Positions 19,297-26,159 of a stretch of DNA of 32,000 nt are shown here, piece by piece. Numbering within the stretch: the first letter of the stretch is position 1; each line of letters opens with the position of its first letter. Made by a program: the position numbers and the translations under genes. Origin of the DNA: Microcystis aeruginosa NIES-2549. GTDB taxonomy: Bacteria; Cyanobacteriota; Cyanobacteriia; Cyanobacteriales; Microcystaceae. The notes under the pieces were generated by a model. That model saw nothing but the letters and a program-made list of their open reading frames with translations. It had not been told where the DNA came from and made no database searches. The DNA is taken from positions 3,870,001 to 3,902,000 of the forward strand of contig NZ_CP011304.1 of NCBI RefSeq assembly GCF_000981785.2. The letters are read 5' to 3'.

Positions 19297-19384
19297 CTTA
19301 TCAGTTATCAGATGTAAGTTTTCAGTTCACTTATACTGTTTACTGTTTACTGATAACTGTTTACTGTTTACTGATAACTGAAAA
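19297..19384 (+). repeat. composite heptamer element ending flush with the helicase ATG
   Basis: CTTATCAGTTATCAG, core CAGATGTAAGTTTTCAGTTCACT, (CTGTTTA/CTGATAA)n, then CTGAAAA followed by ATG at 19385. CAGTTATCAG and CTGATAACTG are exact reverse complements. Confidence 0.9.
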
Positions 19385-20887
19385 ATGCGCTTACCCACCC
19401 TCAAATATGAGCGAGGAACCTTAATTCTCCATCCACCACCAAAGGGGAAAAAATGGCTAGATTTTGCCACTTGGGATGATCGTATCGAAAGATTTCGCAT
19501 TTTGGCCATTCATTATCGTCCTCTCGTGGAAACTCTACAGGAGGAGGGCATTAACTTCCAAGATGAAGCAAAAGCTTTCAACAATTTAGAATTAATTGCC
19601 AGTTTTGAACGGGAACCCTACCCCCACCAAACGGAAGCGTTAATCGCTTGGAAAAAATCCCAGAGAAGGGGTGTTATCGTCCTTCCCACCGCTGCTGGTA
19701 AAACCTATCTTGCCCAATTAGCTCTACAATCGACTCCCCGCAGCACCTTAATTATCGTGCCGACTATTGATTTAATGCACCAGTGGTATGCCCAGATGTT
19801 GGCGGCTTTTCCCGATGCCGAGGTGGGATTATTAGGGGGAGGTTCCAAGGATAATAGTGCTATTTTAATCGCCACCTATCAAAGTGCGGCAATTTATTCA
19901 GAAACTCTTGGCAATCGTTACGCTTTTTTGATTTTTGATGAATGTCATCATTTACCATCGGATTTCTTTCGGAAAATAGCGGAAGATTCGATCGCACCCT
20001 ATCGTTTAGGCTTAACAGCAACACCGGATCGCGGTGATGGTAGTCATCAAGATTTAGATTATCTTATCGGTACAATTGTTTATCAAAAAAGTCCCCAAGA
20101 CTTGTCAGGAAAAGCCCTAGCGGATCACGAAATAATTCAAATTAAAGTGAAACTATCTGCCAAAGAACAGGAAAAATATCAAGAAGCAATTAAAATTCGC
20201 AATGATTTTTTAAGAAAAAATAATCTCAGTTTGTCTGGTTTAGATGGTTGGCAAAATTTTGTCATGATTAGTGCCAGAAGTAGCGAAGGGCGCCGGGCGA
20301 TGTTAGCGCACCGGGAGTCGAAGGAAATATCCTCCGGAACCCAGGGAAAATTGCGGGTTTTAGCCGAGTTAATCTGTGAACACCATCCGGAACCAATTTT
20401 GATTTTTACCAACGATAATGCCACAGTTTACCGCATTTCCGAGAGCTTTTTAATACCTGCCATAACCCATCAAACTCCCGTGAAAGAACGCCATGAAATC
20501 CTGACCCGTTTTCGTCAGGGAGAATACAAAATTCTGGTGACTTCCCATGTTCTCAATGAAGGGGTTGATGTGCCGGAAGCAGGCATCGCGATTATTTTAT
20601 CGGGAACCGGTTCCACCCGGGAATATATTCAGCGTTTGGGACGGGTGTTAAGAAAAGGCCAACAAGAGGATAAACGGGCGATTTTGTATGAAGTGATAGC
20701 CGAAAATACCACGGAGGAAAAAACCTCCCAACGACGACGGGGAGAGCAGAAAAATAAAACTAGCTATAAAACCGCTAATCGACAATTGGAATTATTGCCT
20801 TCTCCTCCAAAAAAATCTTTTTCTTTCCCGAAAGCTGCCGAATCTTCTACCCCTTGGGTAAGTTCTCCAGAGTCAGAGGAAGAATAG
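19385..20887 (+). CDS. XPB/Rad25 (ERCC3)-like superfamily-2 DNA helicase
   Basis: Motifs I PTAAGKT, Ia IIVPTIDLMHQW, II DECHH, III GLTATPDRGDG, V SHVLNEGVDVPEA and VI GSTREYIQRLGRVLR. An N-terminal domain of about 70 aa precedes the core. The C-terminal tail is basic then acidic. Confidence 0.85.
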   Translation: MRLPTLKYERGTLILHPPPKGKKWLDFATWDDRIERFRILAIHYRPLVETLQEEGINFQDEAKAFNNLELIASFEREPYPHQTEALIAWKKSQRRGVIVLPTAAGKTYLAQLALQSTPRSTLIIVPTIDLMHQWYAQMLAAFPDAEVGLLGGGSKDNSAILIATYQSAAIYSETLGNRYAFLIFDECHHLPSDFFRKIAEDSIAPYRLGLTATPDRGDGSHQDLDYLIGTIVYQKSPQDLSGKALADHEIIQIKVKLSAKEQEKYQEAIKIRNDFLRKNNLSLSGLDGWQNFVMISARSSEGRRAMLAHRESKEISSGTQGKLRVLAELICEHHPEPILIFTNDNATVYRISESFLIPAITHQTPVKERHEILTRFRQGEYKILVTSHVLNEGVDVPEAGIAIILSGTGSTREYIQRLGRVLRKGQQEDKRAILYEVIAENTTEEKTSQRRRGEQKNKTSYKTANRQLELLPSPPKKSFSFPKAAESSTPWVSSPESEEE

Positions 20888-20947
20888 AAAATTTCTCTGG
20901 GGGATTTTCCTCTATAATAAAGATAAAAAATCTGGATTGATACCCCT

Positions 20948-21298
20948 ATGACCGAACTTGCCCAACAAAAATGTCAACCTTGTCAATCGGGTTCTTCTCC
21001 TATCACTGCCGAAGAAATTACCGCTTTACAGGCTAAAATTCCCGATTGGAATCTCTTAGAATACGAGGGTATTCCCCGTCTGCAAAAACTCTATAAATTT
21101 GCCAATTTTCAAGGGGCAATCGCCTTTACTAATGCCGTGGGAGAAGCGGCGGAAAAAGAAGGCCATCACCCCGCTTTATTGACAGAATGGGGCAAAGTTA
21201 CCGTTTCTTGGTGGACCCATGACGTGGGCGGATTACATCAAAATGACTTTATCATGGCTGCCCGTACCGATGATATTTATCGTCAACAAAAGGCTTAA
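20948..21298 (+). CDS. 4a-hydroxytetrahydrobiopterin (pterin-4a-carbinolamine) dehydratase
   Basis: 116-aa ORF. The canonical PCD signature is intact: E-KEG-HHP-ALLTE-W-GKVTVSWWT-H-DVGGLHQN-D. Confidence 0.88.
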   Translation: MTELAQQKCQPCQSGSSPITAEEITALQAKIPDWNLLEYEGIPRLQKLYKFANFQGAIAFTNAVGEAAEKEGHHPALLTEWGKVTVSWWTHDVGGLHQNDFIMAARTDDIYRQQKA

Positions 21299-22173
21299 TC
21301 GTAGGCACGAATCATCGCTTGGGTTCCCTGTTTAATTCCCTTGCCTTCGTCCAATTCCGCTACTACTTTAAATAGAGTTTCCGCTAAATCTGTCCCGGGC
21401 AGAATTTCCCCGGCTGTCTGGGCAGTTTCTTTGACTAATCGCAAATCTTTTAAAATATGTTCAATCATAAAAGCCGGCTGTAAATCTTGGGCGAGGATTT
21501 TTGGTCCCAAATTTTCCAAAGCCCAAGAACCCGCCGCCCCCGTTTTACAGACTTCTATGACTAAATTGGGGTCTAATCCTTGAATTTTTGCCATTTTTAG
21601 AGCCTCACATAGCGCCACCATGTGAACCGCCCCCAAGACTTGATTACAGAGTTTTACCGCTTGTCCGTTGCCGATTTCGCCACACCAGCGAATAGTTTTA
21701 CCCATGGCTTGAAAACAGGGCAAACAAGTCTGAAAATCCGCTTCTTTCCCTCCCACCATAATAGTTAAAGTGCCGTTTTTCGCCCCAATATCGCCCCCAG
21801 AGACGGGAGCATCGAGAAAACGGAGATTATTTTCCTCTAGCTTTTTACCAATCATCCTAGCGGCTTGAGAGCCAATGGTACTCATATCCACCACCAGAGT
21901 TCCCACGACTGCCGATTCCATGACACCCCCAGGTCCTAAAATTACCGCTTCCACGTCAGGCACATCCCCGACGCAGGTAAAGACAATCTCGGCATCCCTG
22001 ACGGCGGCGGCGATACTAGAACAAATGTTCGCACCAGAGGACCCGGCAATGGTTATCCCCGGCGCCTCTGGGGTACGATTCCAAGCATTGACAGCAAAAC
22101 CTCGACGGACAAGATTAGTCGTCATCGGCGCTCCCATTACTCCTAATCCTAAAAAGGCAATTTTTTGACTCAT
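21295..22173 (-). CDS. NAD(P)-dependent beta-hydroxyacid dehydrogenase (HIBADH / 2-hydroxy-3-oxopropionate reductase family)
   Basis: N-terminal Rossmann motif IAFLGLGVMGAPMTTNL. Family-typical DAPVSGG and a catalytic Lys region. Start at the ATG at 22173; the ORF-track start at 22188 is TTG. Confidence 0.88.
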   Translation of the reverse strand: MSQKIAFLGLGVMGAPMTTNLVRRGFAVNAWNRTPEAPGITIAGSSGANICSSIAAAVRDAEIVFTCVGDVPDVEAVILGPGGVMESAVVGTLVVDMSTIGSQAARMIGKKLEENNLRFLDAPVSGGDIGAKNGTLTIMVGGKEADFQTCLPCFQAMGKTIRWCGEIGNGQAVKLCNQVLGAVHMVALCEALKMAKIQGLDPNLVIEVCKTGAAGSWALENLGPKILAQDLQPAFMIEHILKDLRLVKETAQTAGEILPGTDLAETLFKVVAELDEGKGIKQGTQAMIRAYD

Positions 22174-22197
22174 AATTTTGGTAATCAAGGGAAAGGG

Positions 22198-22330
22198 GAA
22201 TTATGAATTATGAATTATGAATTATGAAGTGGGGTATATTTTCAGTGAACAGTAAACAGTGAACAGTAAACAGTTAACTGATAACTGATAACTGATAACT
22301 GATAACTGATAACTGATAACTGATAACTGA
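22198..22330 (-). repeat. heptamer arrays: (GAATTAT)x4, then (CAGTGAA/CAGTAAA)x5 and (CTGATAA)x8
   Basis: Direct reading. On the minus strand this reads (CAGTTAT)n, (CTGTTTA/CTGTTCA)n, CTGAAAATA, pointing toward the dehydrogenase ATG at 22173. Confidence 0.9.
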
Positions 22331-22331
22331 T

Positions 22332-24224
22332 TTAGGATTCTACCATTTGCAGAAATTGGGCTTCTGAAATGGTTTTTATGCCTAATTTTTGAGCCTTTTT
22401 GAGTTTCTCACCGGGAGCTTTACCGAGGAGAATATAATCAGTGTTCGCACTGGGGGAACCGGTAACAGTACCACCGACATTAATAATCAATGATTTCGCT
22501 TTCTCGCGACTGATTTTGCTGAAGGTTCCTAGTATAACTACGCTTTTTCCCTTTAGGGGATTTTCTGCGGATTCTTGACTCGTTTGGACTATCTCCGCTG
22601 CGGGTTGCACTTCTAAACTTGTGTCGGCAACCGGGATTTTTTCTGCTGCTACTACAGGGGTTTCCTTGGCAATCACCGGGGGGGTTTCTGGTTCTTCTAC
22701 TACCGGAGTTTCACTAATAATTGCTTCTGGTTCATTAGTGTTAATGGGGGCAGTTTGTCGAGAAAAATCGTCTCTTTCTTGTTGGAGGTTTTGAATTTTA
22801 ACCTCTAAAGCGGCGATTTCTTCTTGCTTAGTTGCTAACTCACCCTCAAACTTAATTTTTTCCTTTTCTAAAGCTTTAGCTGCCGTTTTTTGGACTTCTA
22901 AATCTTGAGTTAGTTGGCGATTTTGTTGGCTTAATTCCTCGATATGACGGGAAGTTGTGGTCTCTAATTGGTCTTTTTCGGCACTTAACTGGTGTAGTTG
23001 AATCTCTAAATTAGAAATGTTTTCCCGATAGGTTTCTAGCTGTTGCGGTAACTGGGTTAATTCCTGTAATTGCCCTTCTAAATGGGCAATTTTTGCCTGA
23101 GAATCGGCCAATTGTTGGGGTAACTGGGTTAATTCCTGTAATTGCCCTTCTAAATGGGCAATTTTTGCCTGAGAATCGGCCAATTGTTGGGGTAACTGGG
23201 TTAATTCCTGTAATTGCCCTTCTAAATCAGCAATTTTTTCAGCAGCAGTGGTTAATTCTGCCGATAATTCCCCTTTCTGGGCTGCTAAAGCTTGTAACTC
23301 CAGTTTAGCGGCTTCGAGATGAGCGCCGAGACTGTCCTTTTCGGCGGTTATGGCTGTCACTTGAGCGACGGTTTCTTGAAGTTTTATAGTTAAATTGTCG
23401 CATTCTTGGCCTAAAGAGAGCGATCGAGTTTGACTTGCGGCTAAATCTTCGCTGAGAGACTTTTTTTCCCGCTCTAACCCGCTAATTTGACCCTGTAAGC
23501 TGGCTATTTCCTGCTGTCCTCGCTCATACTGTTCTGTTTGGTGAGCCAGATTCTGTTCTAAGGTTTGAATTTGACCTTGCAAGCTGGGAATTTGGGCGGC
23601 TAAATCGCTTAATTCTCGGTTTTTATGCTCTAAATCGGCCACTTTTGCCCTTAATTCCTCGGCTTTTTCTAGTTCTTGCTGTAAGAGAGCTTTATCCTGT
23701 TCTAGGGTCTGAATTTGGCTATAGAGAGAGGTGGTCTGTTTTTTGGTCAAATCAAATTGACGGTTAATTTCACCTTTTTGCTGCTCTAAAGTTTGAATCT
23801 GTGCCTCTAGGCTAGTAATTTGGGCTTTTTCTCGCTCTAATTGCTCCATCAAACCAGCTTTCTCCGCTTCTATTTCCTTAGCGGTGGTTTTCAGGTGTTC
23901 GATTTCACCCTCACCTATCTGGACAGCTTGCTGGAGGGACTGGAGAGAATTTTCTAAATCCGTAGCTTTGTGCTGTAATTGGGCGGAATGTTGTTCTATG
24001 TAAATTATTTTGGCGTGCAGCTGCTGATTTTCGTCTTTTAAGTCTGATTGCGCCACATCTAAACCCTTGACTTGAGCCAATAAATCTGAGTTACTTTGCT
24101 GTAATTGCGCTTGTGCGACTAAAAGGGCGGTATTTTTGCTGACGAGACCAGAGCGCGACCAGAGGAATAGTCCTCCGAAAACAGCACTTAAACCTAATCC
24201 TTCATAAATTAATTCGTTGAGCAT
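22332..24224 (-). CDS. membrane-anchored long coiled-coil protein with C-terminal LigA-type BRCT domain
   Basis: TM helix (GLGLSAVFGGLFLW). About 470 aa of heptad-rich Q/E/L sequence. A Pro/Glu/Thr-rich linker. C-terminus KGKSVVILGTFSKISREKAKSLIINVGGTVTGSPSANTDYILLGKAPGEKLKKAQKLGIKTISEAQFL closely resembles the BRCT of NAD-dependent DNA ligase. Start at the ATG at 24224, preceded by AGGAGG; the track start at 24257 is GTG. Confidence 0.8.
   Translation of the reverse strand: MLNELIYEGLGLSAVFGGLFLWSRSGLVSKNTALLVAQAQLQQSNSDLLAQVKGLDVAQSDLKDENQQLHAKIIYIEQHSAQLQHKATDLENSLQSLQQAVQIGEGEIEHLKTTAKEIEAEKAGLMEQLEREKAQITSLEAQIQTLEQQKGEINRQFDLTKKQTTSLYSQIQTLEQDKALLQQELEKAEELRAKVADLEHKNRELSDLAAQIPSLQGQIQTLEQNLAHQTEQYERGQQEIASLQGQISGLEREKKSLSEDLAASQTRSLSLGQECDNLTIKLQETVAQVTAITAEKDSLGAHLEAAKLELQALAAQKGELSAELTTAAEKIADLEGQLQELTQLPQQLADSQAKIAHLEGQLQELTQLPQQLADSQAKIAHLEGQLQELTQLPQQLETYRENISNLEIQLHQLSAEKDQLETTTSRHIEELSQQNRQLTQDLEVQKTAAKALEKEKIKFEGELATKQEEIAALEVKIQNLQQERDDFSRQTAPINTNEPEAIISETPVVEEPETPPVIAKETPVVAAEKIPVADTSLEVQPAAEIVQTSQESAENPLKGKSVVILGTFSKISREKAKSLIINVGGTVTGSPSANTDYILLGKAPGEKLKKAQKLGIKTISEAQFLQMVES
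23041..23235. repeat. in-frame 72-bp tandem repeat (2 full units plus about 0.6) inside the coiled-coil CDS
   Basis: Units start at 23041, 23113 and 23185. Units 1 and 2 differ at one nucleotide. Each encodes LQELTQLPQQLADSQAKIAHLEGQ. Confidence 0.9.
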
Positions 24225-24547
24225 ATCTACCCTCCTAGACAAGCGAAAAACAGCCACCTAACCGAACTGATGCGGCAATTTTGGTTATAGACCTACATCT
24301 CTACTTATATCAGTTACGGGGTACATTCGGGGGAAGGGCGGCGAAAAAGTCACTTCTTTCATCCCAGTGTAAAAGGTGATTTAGCTATTCGCGTCATGCT
24401 AACTTGTACCTGATCCCATTCTTGGGTGATTTCCAGGTCGATTTCTTCCTGATGATCAAAATAGTAAGCAACATTTTAGTCGTGTCAGTCCACTACTGGA
24501 TCGGCGATCGCATAAATATTACCACAGTAGCTTAACAGGAGTCGCAC

Positions 24548-24734
24548 TCAAGGTTCTGGTATTTGTAAATCTCGACAAATTTTTCGCATCAAGAATTCAT
24601 TGATTTCACGATGGCGCGGAATGGCTGAAGATTTCTGATGGACACGATTTACATAAATCTTATGATTGCCGCCTTCTCTTAAGAATTCACAGCCACTATG
24701 TTTCTAAATGACGAATTAAGTTTATGCGTTTCAT
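24548..24734 (-). pseudogene. hicA: HicA-family toxin gene inactivated by a 1-nt frameshift
   Basis: The ATG overlaps the hicB stop (ATGA). Frame 1 reads MKRINLIRHLET*. The remainder is in the next frame: KHSGCEFLREGGNHKIYVNRVHQKSSAIPRHREINEFLMRKICRDLQIPEP*. The span is 187 nt, which is not a multiple of 3. Confidence 0.7.
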
Positions 24735-24955
24735 GCAGCCCAAAAAGTAACAGACTCTCGAATCACTTCTTGTCCTTGCAGTTGCTCTTCAGCTAACATA
24801 CGATTAGCTTCTAAAACTAGCTCAATTGCTTCCTCTAAATTGCTTCTACTTTCTTCTAGAGTCTCTCCTTGAGTATTAGCTCCTGGCAATTCTTCGACAA
24901 AACCAATATAGCCTTTGGGAACTTTCTGGAATATTTTTGTTAGTTTTAGCTGCAT
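24731..24955 (-). CDS. hicB: HicB-family (UPF0150) antitoxin
   Basis: 74-aa ORF. KGYIGFVEELPGANTQGETLEESRSNLEEAIELVLEA is typical of the HicB N-terminal fold. Translationally coupled to the hicA remnant. Confidence 0.7.
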   Translation of the reverse strand: MQLKLTKIFQKVPKGYIGFVEELPGANTQGETLEESRSNLEEAIELVLEANRMLAEEQLQGQEVIRESVTFWAA

Positions 24956-25084
24956 GATTTACCTCAGAATTTTAAATTATATAACCCACCATCATTAAAG
25001 TTAGCGGTGCGTTAACATAGCGTAACGCACCCTAAAGAGGTGATCTCTCAACGTAAAATGCTTACTATGTAAGGATTTTACTCG

Positions 25085-25430
25085 ATTTGAGCCTTGTTTA
25101 GCGTTTAAGTCCCATTAGTTTCCAGCCAGAAGTTTTGTACTCTACAGATTTTGAAAACTTTTTGAATTTGGGATAGCCTTTTTTTGCTAAACCTTTTTGG
25201 CTCTTCTCGACTTTGTGTGATAATTTTTGCTTATGGAATCCTGAAGTGCTTATTGGGCCAGACTTTTAGGACTATTTTGCGGATATTCTATCAGTATAGA
25301 CCTTGTTTCCACACAGAAACCAGAAGAGCCCCTTTTTTACAGTTATCATAAAAACGGGATATAGAAAACCAAGCTCTTTCAGCACTTGCTTGACGAGCCA
25401 TAGAGTTGAGTTTACCAACAAAAGACAGGG
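25085..25430 (-). pseudogene. IS200/IS605-family TnpB (OrfB) N-terminal remnant
   Basis: Minus-strand fragments lie in different frames: KLNSMARQASAERAWFSISRFY (resembles the conserved TnpB segment before the FF/GYP motif) and AKKGYPKFKKFSKSVEYKTSGWKL. They are interrupted by stops. No RuvC-like C-terminal half is present. Confidence 0.45.
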
Positions 25431-25696
25431 CAAGCGCATCTTAACAATCCTTGACAAAATGCACTTTGTGTGATTTGCTTACCCAGAGGGCGATTCAGAC
25501 ATATTTGAGGAGAATTTGCTCTCTCAATTGTTAAGCAAAAATCGACCAAATGTTAAGATTTCGTAACTATTCTGATTGACTGGTATCACCTGAAATGCCC
25601 ACACAGTAAGCGGATCACAAAATTGGCCAATTGTCAATAGCTTTTGAGATGCTCTCACCCTGCTTTTAAAGCTTTTGTCAGCAACTAATTTCATTC

Positions 25697-25915
25697 TTAT
25701 TCATCATCTAACAAATAAGCCATTATCTCTTCAGCGCTGCCTTTTTTTGCTGTTCCCATTGCTAAAGACTTTAAGGTTTCTTCGCCATTTTTAGCCATCT
25801 CATAGCGGCGTTTCTCAATGCGTCTTTTACGAATTAGTTCAAACAAATAATCTTGGTCTTCAATGGATAGACTCTCTACCGATTCGATCAGATCTTGAAA
25901 AAATGCGATACTCAT
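25697..25915 (-). CDS. small acidic hypothetical protein, possible antitoxin-like
   Basis: 72-aa ATG ORF (MSIAFFQDLIESVESLSIEDQDYLFELIRKRRIEKRR...). A 56-aa ORF begins 2 nt after its stop. No family recognised with certainty. Confidence 0.4.
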   Translation of the reverse strand: MSIAFFQDLIESVESLSIEDQDYLFELIRKRRIEKRRYEMAKNGEETLKSLAMGTAKKGSAEEIMAYLLDDE

Positions 25916-25967
25916 TAAATTTTACTACTGTTAGTTAACTTTTTTTCCTGATATTTTATCACCAGAT

Positions 25968-26150
25968 AGTCAAGTAGGGTGCGTCAGGCAATCCCTTGTT
26001 TTTAGGGAAAAAATCAAGAGCTAAATATTGCCGTAACGCACCACAAAGAAAGGTTTCAGCAGTCAAGTAGGGTACGTTAGACAATCCCTTGTTTTTAGGG
26101 AAAAAATCAAGAGCTAAATATTGCCGTAACGCACCACAAAGAAAAGTTTT
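25968..26150. repeat. 93-bp direct tandem repeat x2, each carrying a GGTGCGT...GTAACGCACC hairpin
   Basis: Units start at 25968 and 26061. In unit 1 the arms GGTGCGTCAGGCAAT and ATTGCCGTAACGCACC pair. In unit 2 the left arm carries 3 substitutions. A related hairpin lies at 25006-25031. Confidence 0.9.
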
Positions 26151-26159
26151 TAGCTACTT

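Noticed and set aside
397-21583. Short ORFs antisense to or nested in strong CDS (for example 397-594, 900-1082, 4626-4916, 5455-5670, 6109-6324, 6457-6639, 13617-13871, 13935-14159, 14780-14983, 14917-15357, 16102-16395, 16232-16417, 17173-17418, 17749-17946, 18610-18825, 20179-20424, 21341-21583, 21875-22168, 23093-23308, 31010-31229)
   Set aside because: They lie entirely within well-supported genes on the other strand or in another frame. Their composition is biased and no motifs are recognisable.
24258-24547. Minus-strand peptide-like stretch NVAYYFDHQEEIDLEITQEWDQVQVSMTRIAKSPFTLG between the coiled-coil gene and hicA
   Set aside because: It has no start codon, is flanked by stops, and I cannot assign a family. 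It is probably another decayed gene fragment, so it is left uncalled.
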